The notes below the pieces were generated by a model. It saw only the letters and a program-made list of their open reading frames with translations. It had not been told where the DNA came from and did no database searches. Both the position numbers and the translations under genes were made by a program. A stretch of DNA of 64,000 bases from an uncultured delta proteobacterium (GTDB lineage Bacteria > Desulfobacterota > WTBG01 > CAIYCZ01 > CAIRTM01): assembly GCA_963804955.1 (NCBI GenBank), contig CAWDSQ010000020.1:192001-256000 (forward strand). Reading direction: 5' to 3'. The stretch's first letter is position 1. Every line of letters starts with the position of its first letter. Below, piece after piece: positions 21,160 through 31,931 of the stretch.

Positions 21160-21837
21160 TCAGTCTTGGGATGCGCTGCTGAAGTCTTTTTGGCTGTGGG
21201 AATAGGCGGCTACCTGCAGGCGGGAGTGCAGCGCAAGCTTTTCAAGAATGTTGTGCACATGGCTCTTGACCGTAAAGGTGGCAAGGTTAAGATTTTGGGC
21301 AATTTCCTTGTTGCTCAGGCCCTGCCCGATCAGTGCAATAACCTGCTGCTCTCGTGCGGTCATTTTTACGGATTTTTTAAACAAAGAAATTTTCCCCGCC
21401 TTGACGGCATTTTCTACGATTTGCGAGAAAAGAGAGGTTGTCAGGGGGTCAGGGAGAACTTTTTCGCCCCTGGCCACAGCCCGTATTGTCATGATAAAAT
21501 CTTCAAAGGACGCATTGCTCAAAATAAATCCGGTGACCCCTGCCTGAACGAATTCCATAACGTCAGTTTGACCCGGCATCAGGTCCATGACGATCAGCCC
21601 GGTGTTCGGGGATTCTTCCCTTATCTTTTTAAGCACCAGCAGGCAGCTTTGTTTTTGCAACCCCCTGTTCAGGATGATTACCTGCGGCTTTTGCTGGAGC
21701 ACCTTTAGAGCAGCCTGTGCAGACCCTGCCGCGGCAAGTATTTTTATATCTGTGCAGCCCTTAAGCATGGCTGCAAGGCCTTCGCGCAGGACACGGTTAT
21801 CTTCAATGATGAGCAGGTCGATTTTTGTCATGGGCAC
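21160..21837 (-). CDS. NarL/LuxR-family regulator with atypical receiver domain
   Basis: IIEDN; IILNRGL at the phosphoacceptor position; canonical HTH MTAREQQV...SNKEIA...TVKSHVHNILEKL. Confidence 0.88.
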   Translation of the reverse strand: MPMTKIDLLIIEDNRVLREGLAAMLKGCTDIKILAAAGSAQAALKVLQQKPQVIILNRGLQKQSCLLVLKKIREESPNTGLIVMDLMPGQTDVMEFVQAGVTGFILSNASFEDFIMTIRAVARGEKVLPDPLTTSLFSQIVENAVKAGKISLFKKSVKMTAREQQVIALIGQGLSNKEIAQNLNLATFTVKSHVHNILEKLALHSRLQVAAYSHSQKDFSSASQD

Positions 21838-22259
21838 TGATTCATTTTGTAAAACATTGAAGGCATACTGTTTTTATAGTTTCATCTATATATTCTAACA
21901 CTTTTTAGAATTAATTCTATATAAATAAAGTGCTGTTGCCCTTGTTGACCGAAGAATAATCGGCAGTTCCATGTTTTACCTCTACGAGTATCCACAGGCT
22001 TTAAGATGCATTTTTTTGTATGTATGCGCTACCCATATTTGTTCAATAAGTACATATGCTGTCCCAGTCATAATGATTGTGTACTTTCGTACACAGAAGC
22101 TGTAGAGCCAAAGTCTTGACAGATAGACTTCGGCTATGGTCTACTTTAATACAAACTGGCAAAGACAGGCTATGGTATAAAACCAGCACGGCTTATCACG
22201 TACTATACCCTGCCTCCTGTCTTAACAACCCCAACCACCGTGTCTTAAGGACCGTGCTT

Positions 22260-23642
22260 ATGAGAAATTTAATGGCCGTTTTGCTGGCCGCTTCCATGTA
22301 CTTCCTGCCCCATCATCAGTCACAAGGCTTCGTTGATGACCTGCGGCGCACGCCGGTCGTCAAAGCTGTTGAAAACACTAAATCAGCTGTTGTCAGTATC
22401 AGCACCCATGAGCAGGTATATGAGCGTGACAATCCGTTCAGCAACAGGAGGAGCGATCCTTTTTTTGATCGTTTTTTCGAAAACTTTATGGATGATCGCT
22501 ATCCCATGAAAGAGTCTGTGCGCACGCACCTTGGATCAGGCGTAATTATCGAAGCGCGCGGCTATGTGCTGACTAATTGGCATGTCATTGAAAAAGCATC
22601 AGCCATATCTGTAACAACTGATGATGATAAGGAATACAAAGCTGTACTGGTGGGAGCCGACCGGAAGTCCGACCTTGCTGTTCTGAAAATTGATTCATCT
22701 GAAACGTTCAAGCCCGTTCCTCCTGGCGATTCAGACGCAATCCTTATCGGCGAGACCGTCATCGCCATCGGCAATCCGTTTGGCTTCAGCCATACCGTTA
22801 CAACGGGCGTGATCAGCGCCCTGCACAGAACAATCAGGGAGAACGACCAGATATATGAAGACTTTATTCAGACTGATGCGTCCATCAATCCAGGCAATAG
22901 CGGGGGGCCGCTGCTGAACATCAACGGTGAACTTGTGGGCATTAATACCGCCATTTATGGAGAGGCCCAGGGTATCGGGTTTGCCATACCCGTTAATACC
23001 GCACGGCGCATTGTTGATGATCTGCTGCGGTACGGAGAGGTTCGGCCTGCCTGGATCGGCCTCACGGTCAAGGGCCTTACCCGGCCGGCTGCAGAGCAGC
23101 TCGGTTATACGGGGGCATATGGCGTTATAGCAGCAGAGGTCATAACCGGCAGCCCTGCGGCCCGCAGCGGCCTTGCCGAGGGTGATATCATACTGTCAAT
23201 CGGCGATCAGAAAGTCAAATCACCTTCTATCTACAAACGGCTGCTTGGTCTGTATACTGCCGATGCGGCAGTTAAAATTGAATTTTACAGAAAAGGGTCA
23301 GTCAGCCAGGCCACGGTGAAGGCCGCAGAAATTCCCGCCGGCCACATCGAGGCAATCATTGCTAAAAGCCTCGGTTTTGATACTATAGACAACAACGGCC
23401 AGATAGCCCGCCGCTACGGCCTTGCTTCTGACGAGGGGATTGTTATCTCCAAAATTAATCAAAACGGCCAGGCAGGCAGGAAAGGACTCAGGCCGGGCGA
23501 CATCATTCTGCAAATGCAGGGCCGCGAAATCAAAAACACGGCCGACTTCAAGCATCAGTTTCCGCAGCACATGTCCGGGGATTCCATCGTGCTGCTGGTG
23601 CAGCGGGGGAGGTATGGATATTATGTGTCTTTTGACCTGTGA
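22260..23642 (+). CDS. Do/DegQ (HtrA) serine endoprotease with two PDZ domains
   Basis: LGSGVII, TNWHV, DLAVLKI and INPGNSGGPL motifs; two PDZ domains. Confidence 0.93.
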   Translation: MRNLMAVLLAASMYFLPHHQSQGFVDDLRRTPVVKAVENTKSAVVSISTHEQVYERDNPFSNRRSDPFFDRFFENFMDDRYPMKESVRTHLGSGVIIEARGYVLTNWHVIEKASAISVTTDDDKEYKAVLVGADRKSDLAVLKIDSSETFKPVPPGDSDAILIGETVIAIGNPFGFSHTVTTGVISALHRTIRENDQIYEDFIQTDASINPGNSGGPLLNINGELVGINTAIYGEAQGIGFAIPVNTARRIVDDLLRYGEVRPAWIGLTVKGLTRPAAEQLGYTGAYGVIAAEVITGSPAARSGLAEGDIILSIGDQKVKSPSIYKRLLGLYTADAAVKIEFYRKGSVSQATVKAAEIPAGHIEAIIAKSLGFDTIDNNGQIARRYGLASDEGIVISKINQNGQAGRKGLRPGDIILQMQGREIKNTADFKHQFPQHMSGDSIVLLVQRGRYGYYVSFDL

Positions 23643-24413
23643 AGCTTCCGGACAGGCTTTTGAAGCGGTTTTTTTGGGGGTGTTTTTGCAGGCGCTTTTT
23701 CAAGGGCCTTGATCGACTCTATTTCTATTTTATTCAGAAAACGGTGCGCTCCGACCGGCAGCGCTCCCAGCTCAAGCGGACCGAATTCCGTGCGAATAAT
23801 GCGTATAGCCTGATGCCCGACAGCTTCAAACATTTTTCGTATCTGCCGGTTTCTGCCTTCCTTGAGCCTTACCTCAAGCCATGAATTCTTGTCAAGTTTT
23901 GACAGCACTTTGATTTTGCATTTGTTTGTCTTGACAGTGTCGATAAAAACACCAGCCCTGAGCTTATCAAGCACAATGCGGGACGGGGACTCCCTTCACC
24001 TTGACCCGGTAGCAGCGCTCAATTTCAAAACGAGGATGCTGCAGCATCTGGGAAAAATCACCGTCATTGGTCATGACCAATAGCCCCTCGGTCTCGTAGT
24101 CGAGACGCCCCACCGGTACGATGCGCTCGGCAATGCCGCTCACCAGGCCCATGACCGTGGGTCGGCCTTGCGGGTCTTCAACCGACGTTATATAGCCCGG
24201 CGGCTTATTGAGCATCAGATATATCTTGTTTTCCGCGGCTCCAATGGCCATACCGTCAAGCTCAATGACATCATGTCCGGCATCAGCTTTGGTGCCAAGC
24301 TCAAGCACCACGCCACCGTTAACGCTCACGCGGCCTTCAAGTATCATTTCTTCAGCCTTGCGGCGCGACGTAATGCCGGCCCGGGCAAGTATCTTTTGGA
24401 GTCGCTCTTTCAT
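23621..24413 (-). CDS. rluB: 23S rRNA pseudouridine synthase RluB (one frameshift near 23985)
   Basis: S4 domain ERLQKILARAG, PVGRLD and EGRNRQIRKM; follows scpB; an extra C in a C run splits the ORF. Confidence 0.88.
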
Positions 24414-25210
24414 TGGCTTTGGTCCTCCTCTGGCCCTGCTGCCGGTCCTGCAGCAGTGCACTGCTCTGCTGCATCGTTTACAAATTCATCGCCGGGAGCA
24501 ATAACGTCGTCAGGCACTGTTTCACCGGTCTCTTCGGCTACGGACAGCGCGGCACGCAGCAGCTCTTCATCGGTTGCCGTCTGCGACTCGACAGGGGCAT
24601 CGCCGTCAGCATCATCTTCCAAAGGAAATTCCTCACCGATTTTTTCTCGCAAAAGCGACGGCAGCTGCCCGTCGTCAAGGCTTTCAAATTCTTTGAGCGA
24701 CGGCATATCAGCAAGCTTCTCAAGTCCGAACACTTCAAGAAAGCGGCTGGATGTGCCCAGCAGAAAAGGTCTGCCGGCAATATTTTTACGTCCGACAATT
24801 TTTATGAGGCCGCGTTCGAGCAGCGACTTGATGACGCCGCCGCTGTCAACGCCCCTGATCTTTTCGACTTCAGCCCTGATAACAGGCTGGCGATAGGCAA
24901 TAATGGCAAGAGTTTCAAGCGTCGGCTGCGTCAGGCGAAAGGGCTTGGCCTGCTTGAGCTTTTTTACCCATGCGGCGTAATTGGGTCGAGTTCTAAACTG
25001 GTAGCCGCCGGCAATCTCCTGCAGAAAAAAGCCGCGTCGCTGAATTTTATTCTCCTGGTTGATATCGTCTATGGCCTCTCTGATCTGCTTGAGAGTGCTG
25101 GCATCGCCTCCGTCCTCGTCCAGAAACTGCTTGATTTTCTGGATGCTTAAAGGGGTATCAGAGGCAAAAATCAGAGCATCAATAATGGGCATCAATTCAT
25201 CTCGCGTCAT
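24410..25210 (-). CDS. scpB: SMC-Scp complex subunit ScpB
   Basis: IAGGYQFRT, LETLAIIAYRQP, IRGVDS and GRP motifs; acidic tail. Confidence 0.95.
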   Translation of the reverse strand: MTRDELMPIIDALIFASDTPLSIQKIKQFLDEDGGDASTLKQIREAIDDINQENKIQRRGFFLQEIAGGYQFRTRPNYAAWVKKLKQAKPFRLTQPTLETLAIIAYRQPVIRAEVEKIRGVDSGGVIKSLLERGLIKIVGRKNIAGRPFLLGTSSRFLEVFGLEKLADMPSLKEFESLDDGQLPSLLREKIGEEFPLEDDADGDAPVESQTATDEELLRAALSVAEETGETVPDDVIAPGDEFVNDAAEQCTAAGPAAGPEEDQSQ

Positions 25211-25220
25211 AGCTTTGTCG

Positions 25221-25985
25221 TTACTCCTGTATCTGTTCTTCTAAAGGCGGCTCCACCGGCATTTCGTCATCGGTCACCGCATACACGTACAAGGTGCTGA
25301 AATTGACGTTCTGGTACACTTTCAGCGCCTGCATCTTGATGAGCTCAAGAATGGCCAGAAAAGTAGTTATAACTTCAAGTCTGTCAGGTGCTGTATCAAA
25401 CAGGGCCGCAAACTCAATGCCGCCGGTCAGGCCTTCAAGCCGCAGGAGAATCTGGTTGATCCTGTCCTTTACCGACATATGCTCCATGGTGAGAGCCATT
25501 ACATCGTCTTTAGCGCCCGTGCGTTCAATGACTTTTTTAAGGGCCTCAAGCAGGTCAAAAATGCTTGCCTCTCTGAATGCCGGGGCATCATCTACGGTGG
25601 GCTCAATAATGCAGGCGCGGGTAAAAACATCTTTTTCCAAAATATTCTGGTCGCGAAGGTGCTGTGCCGCGTCTTTATACTGCTGGTATTCAAGCAACTG
25701 GCGCTTAAGGTCTTCCAGCGTGTTCAGTGCCTCCTCGGAATCAGCATCATCATCGCAGGCCGGCAGCAGCGCACGGGATTTAAGATACAGCAGCGTGGCA
25801 GCCATCACCAGGAACTCGCCGGCAATATCAAGGTTGAGAGCCTTCATCAGCTCGAGGTACTCCATGTACTGCGAAGTTATGGTGACAATAGAAATCTTCT
25901 CGATATCTATTTCATTCTTGCGCACGAGGTAGAGCAGCAGATCAAGCGGCCCTTCAAAATTTTCAAGCTTTACATTGTAGTCCAT
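25221..25985 (-). CDS. scpA: Segregation/condensation protein ScpA
   Basis: FEGPLDLLL, FLVMAATLLYLKSR and TFLAILEL motifs. Confidence 0.95.
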   Translation of the reverse strand: MDYNVKLENFEGPLDLLLYLVRKNEIDIEKISIVTITSQYMEYLELMKALNLDIAGEFLVMAATLLYLKSRALLPACDDDADSEEALNTLEDLKRQLLEYQQYKDAAQHLRDQNILEKDVFTRACIIEPTVDDAPAFREASIFDLLEALKKVIERTGAKDDVMALTMEHMSVKDRINQILLRLEGLTGGIEFAALFDTAPDRLEVITTFLAILELIKMQALKVYQNVNFSTLYVYAVTDDEMPVEPPLEEQIQE

Positions 25986-25991
25986 ACTCTT

Positions 25992-26633
25992 TCACACATT
26001 GACGATTGTCTGCAGAATTTCCCGCAGAAAAATCATTATCAACCGGCTGGCAGGCATCATAACGGCATTGATGACGCCGGTCATTAAAAGCAGTATCAGT
26101 AGTATAAAACCGTAGGGGAAAAGCTTTTTATACGCCTCAGCCAGAGCGGCCGGCAGCATATGATACAGAACCCAGGAACCGTCAAGGGGGGGTATGGGCA
26201 TAAGGTTAAAAACTGCAAGAACCACATTGATCTGAATTCCGAATTTGAGCATAATAACCATGGCATCATTTGTTGATGCCGGAAATATATTCATATAAAC
26301 GCCGTAGAGGACTGTGCAGAGCACGGCCAGGGCTAGATTGGTGGCAATGCCGGCAAGGGATACGAGCAGGTCATCGCGCCGTGGATTGCGAAAATTGTGC
26401 GGGTTAACGGGCACCGGCTTTGCCCAGCCGATAAGTATCGGTGCGCTGGTGATGAGCAGCAGAGCGGGAAATATAATCGTGCCGAACATGTCGATATGCG
26501 GAATCGGGTTAAATGTGAGCCTGCCCTGGTATTTTGCCGTATTGTCGCCGCAGAGATAGGCAATATAGCCGTGCGCTACCTCATGGGCAATTACTGAAAA
26601 TAGAAGCACGGGAATCATTAAGAGCATTTCCAT
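25992..26633 (-). CDS. Site-2 protease (M50)
   Basis: HEVAH, GWAKPVP and FNLMPIPPLDG motifs. Confidence 0.92.
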   Translation of the reverse strand: MEMLLMIPVLLFSVIAHEVAHGYIAYLCGDNTAKYQGRLTFNPIPHIDMFGTIIFPALLLITSAPILIGWAKPVPVNPHNFRNPRRDDLLVSLAGIATNLALAVLCTVLYGVYMNIFPASTNDAMVIMLKFGIQINVVLAVFNLMPIPPLDGSWVLYHMLPAALAEAYKKLFPYGFILLILLLMTGVINAVMMPASRLIMIFLREILQTIVNV

Positions 26634-26667
26634 AACGTGTATAAAACCTCTACTCTTGAAATACTGG

Positions 26668-27273
26668 TCAGATACCTGACAGCTTAACGCCTGCGGCAAA
26701 TGCCGCCTGCAGATCAGCCGGTTTATCTTTAACGGCCGCGCGTTCAAGATTGCCAGCGCTGAAAACCTCAGCAACCTTTTTAAGCTGAAAGTCCCGTGCA
26801 TTTGAGTCAAGCGCCCGGAATATGAGCGCCGACTGCGTAAAGCTGAAATCGCCCTGGCTGACAACTATGACCGCCCGCTTCCCTTTGATGGCTGTTGTGG
26901 AATGCGCGTCGATGATTGCTCCGGAGCTGTCCCTGACAATCTCCATTTTAATGAGGGGCTGCATGCGGCAGAAGAGATTCACAAGCCCTGCCGACATGGA
27001 GTGCACATGATTGGGCGTGCCGAAAATAAAGCCGTCGGCCTGCGTCATGCGCTCGAGAATACCGGCCATGTCGTCCTTAAGCGGGCACGCCTGGGAGCCT
27101 TTAAAAGCAGTACAGGCAAGGCATCCTGTGCAGCTTTTAATATTTGCTTCATAAAGATAAACTTTTTCCACGGAAGCGCAGGCCCTGCTGCAGGCGCCTT
27201 CGATAACTTTATCTATAAGGCAGTCAACATTTGACCCTTTGCGTGGACTGCCGACAAATGCCATGATTTTCAT
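26668..27273 (-). CDS. Flavodoxin-family / iron-sulfur flavoprotein
   Basis: GSPRKGSN; CTGCLAC..C cluster motif; DDM; ADGFIFGTP. Confidence 0.85.
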   Translation of the reverse strand: MKIMAFVGSPRKGSNVDCLIDKVIEGACSRACASVEKVYLYEANIKSCTGCLACTAFKGSQACPLKDDMAGILERMTQADGFIFGTPNHVHSMSAGLVNLFCRMQPLIKMEIVRDSSGAIIDAHSTTAIKGKRAVIVVSQGDFSFTQSALIFRALDSNARDFQLKKVAEVFSAGNLERAAVKDKPADLQAAFAAGVKLSGI

Positions 27274-27295
27274 ATGCTGAACCTTTGAAAATTTT

Positions 27296-29944
27296 TCAGC
27301 CGGGCTTCGTGGCCGGGCGGGGTAACTCGTGAACAAACTTTTTTCTGATAAACCGTAGCTCTTCCTCGCGTCCCGCAACTTTTCCGTTGAGTGCCGCTTC
27401 AAGCAGGCTGTCCAGTATCTTCGTATATATCCTGCCCGGTGGAATGCCCAGCTTTATGAGGTCATTGCCCGTGATATGCAGCTTCACGCCCCTGAGCTGG
27501 GTAAAGAACAGCGAAAAAAACCTTTTGGTCGATGGCCGCGTTGTCTTGGCCATCAGGTACAGGCAAACTTCCAGGGGTACAGCGTTCAGCAAGCCGTATA
27601 TTTCGGCATGTGAAGGCTGCCGTTTCTGTGCTAAACGGTACAGAATATCATTGCCGGTTGTCTTGGCGGTGATAATGGCATCTCTGTACTTTTTGCTTAT
27701 GTCGAAGTACCGGCAGACGGCTTCACTGTCAACGGGCTTCACCCGGTCAAGCAAGCCAAGTAGAAAAACAAACCATTTTTCAGCAGTATTGTCAAGATAA
27801 AGAAGGTCATACCATGACAGTACGTCGCTGATATTTTTAAAAAGCTGCCGTATGGGAGCATCAAATACAATGTCGGCATGAATATATTTCAAAACACCAA
27901 GCTCGTGCATGCGGCGCACCATGTGCAATGCTTTTTCCTCGCTCAGCAAAAGCGTCAGTTCCGTAAACATTCGCTTGCCGCTCAGGCTTTTTAGAAAGTC
28001 CATTTTAACGGCATTATCTATAAGACTTCGGCTGAGCTTGCTCAGATGGAAGTCAAAGCGCTGCTCGAACCTGATGGCGCGGAAGATGCGTGAAGGGTCC
28101 TCGACAAAGCTCAGGTTATGCAGGACTCTGATCGATCGTTCTTTGAGATCGCGGCGCGCGCCAAAAAAATCTATAAAATCACCGAAAACGCGAGGGTTGA
28201 GCCGGATGGCCAGTGTATTAATCGTGAAATCGCGACGGTACAGGTCAAGCTTGATGGAACTCCACTCAACCTTGGGAAGAGCTGCAGGCTTTTCATAATA
28301 CTCCAGCCGGGCCGACGCCACATCCAGTTTTTCTTTGTTTTTCAAATAGATGACAGCTGTTCCAAACTTTTTGAAAACTTTTACGCGTGTGCCATGCTCG
28401 GCTGCAAAAGCACGGGCAAACTGTATGCCATCGCCCTCGATGACAATATCGACATCAAGATTTTCGACATGCAGAAAGATATCCCTGACGAAACCTCCAA
28501 CGGCATAGGCATGATAGCCCATAGTGTCGGCGCAGCGCCCAACGTCGCGCAACAGTTGCAGAAGATGCCGCGGCAGCCGTTCAACCAGCATACTCTTGAC
28601 TGAGGTTTTTCTTGCAGCGGCCTGCCGAATCTCAAACTCGCCGCTTTCATCATGCTGATCGACATGCAGTACTCTCAGCAGGTCAGTGCGCGTTATAGCG
28701 CCTTTGATCTTTCCTCTATCAACTACCGGCAGGAACCGCTGATTTCCGTGAATGATATGCTGCTTGATCTCATTAATGGGCGTTGTTCCTCTAACGGTGG
28801 CGAATTCAGAAGTCATATATTCACCCACGGGCACTCCCTTGAGCCCGTGATGCCGGGCTTTATCTAAAATCTGCCGTGAAATAAGCCCCACGATCCGCCC
28901 TCTGTCGGTCACGGGAACCACGTTGATATTGTAGCGTGTCAGTAGACTGGTGGCCGTATCAAGAGTTTCGCTCAGTTCAATGGTTTTTACCGGGGATACC
29001 ATGAAATCGCGGGCGATTTTTACGGGCCGGATGTACTGCTGAATAACGCTGATCAGCTTCTGTTCGACCTGCGTGAGAGTCATGTCATGCACGGTGGCTG
29101 ATGCGGCTGTGGCATGTCCTCCGCCGCCGAAAACGGCAAGCACCTCGGCAGCATTCACCTCCTGTATGCGGCTGCGGCCTACGATATAAATACGGTCATC
29201 CATATTGGCAAGGGCAAATAGAACATTAACGTTTTCCATGTTCTTGAGCTTATGCACCAGCACAGCAAAATCACCCACATACCCGGAAGACTGGGCCCGG
29301 GTAATCATCACGTCAACACCTTTGAAGCTGTGCACAGAGGCGTTTTCAATAAGGTCATTGAGCACTGATACCTGGTCTGCGGTCAGATCCTTGATCACCA
29401 TATCGGCAACGATATTGAGATTTGCGCCCTGTGACAGCAGATAGGCTGCCGCTTTAAAATCCTCCTGCGTTGTTGAGCTGAAGGTCAGGCTGCCCGTATC
29501 TTCGTAAATGCCGAGCATCATGACTGTTGCCTCATCAGGCGTAATGTCAATCTGCCGTTCCTGCAGAATCATACACATAATGGTCGTGGTTGCACCATAG
29601 GGGAGCACCACCTCAAGGGAGCCTTTTACATCGTCCGTCGCCGGAGGGTGATGGTCGTAGATATGGATATCGACCCCCTCCCTGCTGCACAGGGGCGTAA
29701 ATTTGCCTAAACGGCTTGCCTGCCGTATATCTACAAGTATAAGCCGGGTTACCTTCTCAAGGGATATCCTGCTGGCTTTTTCAATATCCAGCATGTACAT
29801 GGCGGAATTGACGAGAAAATTACGAATGGTTTTTTCCTGACCGCCGGGAAACGCCAGTACCGCCTCCGGGTAGAGCTTCCTGGCGGCAATCATCGACCCG
29901 AGAGCGTCAAAATCGGCGTTGATATGAGTTGTAATTATTTCCAT
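27296..29944 (-). CDS. DHH-DHHA1-CBS-nucleotidyltransferase (CCA/A-adding tRNA nucleotidyltransferase type)
   Basis: HINADFDA, YDHH, GGGGH, two CBS domains, VGGFVRD..DVD, DLYRRDFTIN and EDPSRIFRA motifs. Confidence 0.9.
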   Translation of the reverse strand: MEIITTHINADFDALGSMIAARKLYPEAVLAFPGGQEKTIRNFLVNSAMYMLDIEKASRISLEKVTRLILVDIRQASRLGKFTPLCSREGVDIHIYDHHPPATDDVKGSLEVVLPYGATTTIMCMILQERQIDITPDEATVMMLGIYEDTGSLTFSSTTQEDFKAAAYLLSQGANLNIVADMVIKDLTADQVSVLNDLIENASVHSFKGVDVMITRAQSSGYVGDFAVLVHKLKNMENVNVLFALANMDDRIYIVGRSRIQEVNAAEVLAVFGGGGHATAASATVHDMTLTQVEQKLISVIQQYIRPVKIARDFMVSPVKTIELSETLDTATSLLTRYNINVVPVTDRGRIVGLISRQILDKARHHGLKGVPVGEYMTSEFATVRGTTPINEIKQHIIHGNQRFLPVVDRGKIKGAITRTDLLRVLHVDQHDESGEFEIRQAAARKTSVKSMLVERLPRHLLQLLRDVGRCADTMGYHAYAVGGFVRDIFLHVENLDVDIVIEGDGIQFARAFAAEHGTRVKVFKKFGTAVIYLKNKEKLDVASARLEYYEKPAALPKVEWSSIKLDLYRRDFTINTLAIRLNPRVFGDFIDFFGARRDLKERSIRVLHNLSFVEDPSRIFRAIRFEQRFDFHLSKLSRSLIDNAVKMDFLKSLSGKRMFTELTLLLSEEKALHMVRRMHELGVLKYIHADIVFDAPIRQLFKNISDVLSWYDLLYLDNTAEKWFVFLLGLLDRVKPVDSEAVCRYFDISKKYRDAIITAKTTGNDILYRLAQKRQPSHAEIYGLLNAVPLEVCLYLMAKTTRPSTKRFFSLFFTQLRGVKLHITGNDLIKLGIPPGRIYTKILDSLLEAALNGKVAGREEELRFIRKKFVHELPRPATKPG

Positions 29945-29969
29945 GCCATCTCGTTTTTTCGTGTTCCGT

Positions 29970-30875
29970 TCAACCCCGCGGATGATAGGTATCATGAATT
30001 TTTTTCAAGGTAGTATTTGCAACATGCGTATATATCTGTGTAGTGTCTATATCGGCATGCCCCAGCATAACCTGCACGGAACGCAGGTCGGCGCCGCCTT
30101 CAAGAATATGGGTGGCAAAGGAATGGCGCAGCGTATGGGGGGATATCTTTTTTGCGATACCCGCGCACTGGCAGTATTTTTTTATCAGCTTCCAGAATCC
30201 CTGCCGGCTCATAGGCGTGCCCTCTCGGTTGACAAAAACAGAGGAGTTGACGCTGCGCTTTATCAAAACAGGTCGCACCTGCGTCAGGTAGCTGCGCAGC
30301 CAGTGGATGGCCACCTCACCCAGCGGCACGACTCGCTGCTTTGAACCCTTGCCCATGACGATCACAAAACCGGTGTCAAAATTAAGATTGTCCATCCTGA
30401 GTCCGATAAGCTCCGACACGCGGAGCCCCGTTGCATACAGCACTTCAAAAAATGCCCGGTCACGCAGGCCCAGGGGCGAATCAGTATCAGGAGCTTTGAT
30501 AAGAGCTTCGACTTCTTCGCGTGTCATAACCACAGGCAGTCTCTTTTCAAGGTGCGGCGTTAAAACATCCTGAAAGGGATTTTGTTTTAAAACTCCTTCG
30601 ATGACCAGATAGTTATAAAAAGTTTTAATGCTCGAAAGCATCCGTGCAAGAGACCGTGCCGAAAGCCCGTGTGCCTGCTGAAGGCTTAGAAAACGGGTAA
30701 TATCTGATCGCGTGCACAGCTTGAGCTGCAGCGCATTCCCCTGACCGATACATGCGAGATACCGGTCAAGATCACGGGCATAGGATTCTACCGTATTGGG
30801 GGCTAGCCTGCGCTCTGCAACCATATAGTTATAGAACCCGTCAAGGAGCAGTTGATTTGATGCGCTGTTTTTCAT
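29970..30875 (-). CDS. xerD: Site-specific tyrosine recombinase XerD
   Basis: LYATGLRVSEL, GKGSKQR, PHTLRHSFATH, GADLRSVQ, LGH and TTQIY motifs. Confidence 0.95.
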   Translation of the reverse strand: MKNSASNQLLLDGFYNYMVAERRLAPNTVESYARDLDRYLACIGQGNALQLKLCTRSDITRFLSLQQAHGLSARSLARMLSSIKTFYNYLVIEGVLKQNPFQDVLTPHLEKRLPVVMTREEVEALIKAPDTDSPLGLRDRAFFEVLYATGLRVSELIGLRMDNLNFDTGFVIVMGKGSKQRVVPLGEVAIHWLRSYLTQVRPVLIKRSVNSSVFVNREGTPMSRQGFWKLIKKYCQCAGIAKKISPHTLRHSFATHILEGGADLRSVQVMLGHADIDTTQIYTHVANTTLKKIHDTYHPRG

Positions 30876-31811
30876 AGCAGTTCCCTGGCTTTGATCAGCT
30901 GGGTTATGGTCCAGTTATAGGGCATATCGATGGAGAGCTCGGCCCCCATGGCCACCACTGCACCGTTGAGCGAGTCGATTTCTGTTTTTTTGCCCCGGCG
31001 CATGTCCTGCAGCATGGATGGATGGTGCTCGAATGTGCGGGGTATGAGTATGTCAAAAAGCTCCCGGCAATAGTCATCTGGCTTTTCCCAGCCAAGAACA
31101 ACATTCCTGGCCGAAGCAACAGTAAAAATCTCTTCAACGATATGCGTCATAATCTCTTTTGTGCTATCACTGTCAAGAAGCCTGCCGTAATGCACATTCA
31201 TGATGGTTGCAAGGGCGTTAAGGGCGCAGTTATACAGCACTTTGCCCCAGATATACCGCTCAATGTCGGGAACTGCATCCACCGGTATGCCCGCTGCAGT
31301 CATTGCCTGCGCAAGCCGGGCGACGAAGGCCTGATCGATGCCGCCCGGAAGACCGCCAAGCTTGGTAGCGTCGGCAGCAACCGTCACCGTTACATGGCCC
31401 TGGTTCGACAAACTCTACGCCGAATATCATTCGGCCGCCGATGGTCTTCTCTTTTCCGATACACCCGGCAATCTTTTCCACATTGCCGAGGCCGTTTTGC
31501 AGCGACACGACAGGCGGGGGATCAGGGAAAACCCTCACCAGTTCACTCAGGGCCGAATCTGTGTCATAGGACTTTACCGACAGCAGAACAGCATCAAAAA
31601 AACACTGTTCAGGAATATCGGCAAGGGCTGTATAGACGCTCATAGAGCCAACCCTTCGCTCCCCCCAGATACCGTCGATTAAAAGCCCCTTTTCATGTAT
31701 TGCATCGGCATGAGCCCTGCGGGCTGTCATAACAACCCTGTGACCGGCATCAGCAAGAAAACCGCCGAACACCGAGCCCATAGCTCCTGCTCCTACAACC
31801 AGTACATTCAC
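30872..31811 (-). CDS. panE: 2-dehydropantoate 2-reductase (one frameshift near 31400)
   Basis: GAGAMG, VKSYD, LQNGLG, WGK..N, SMLQD...KTEIDSLNG motifs. Confidence 0.88.
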
Positions 31812-31931
31812 AAAAAAAATCCTTTCATGGCGATGTCAACTCTTGCGTACAGGCAAGGCACAGGGTACACTAGCGGCACTTAAGATTATACTCTTTTTAT
31901 GCACTCAGTATACCAGAAATATTAGATTTTC

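Noticed and set aside
4833..21900. Genomic island integrated at tRNA-Pro
   Set aside because: No integrase next to the tRNA and no duplicated tRNA 3' end found. The only match noticed (CTTCCCGACCA near 39931) is 11 bp inside a coding region and is probably chance.
29970..30875. Tyrosine recombinase as a mobile-element integrase
   Set aside because: Motifs and housekeeping context identify it as chromosomal XerD.
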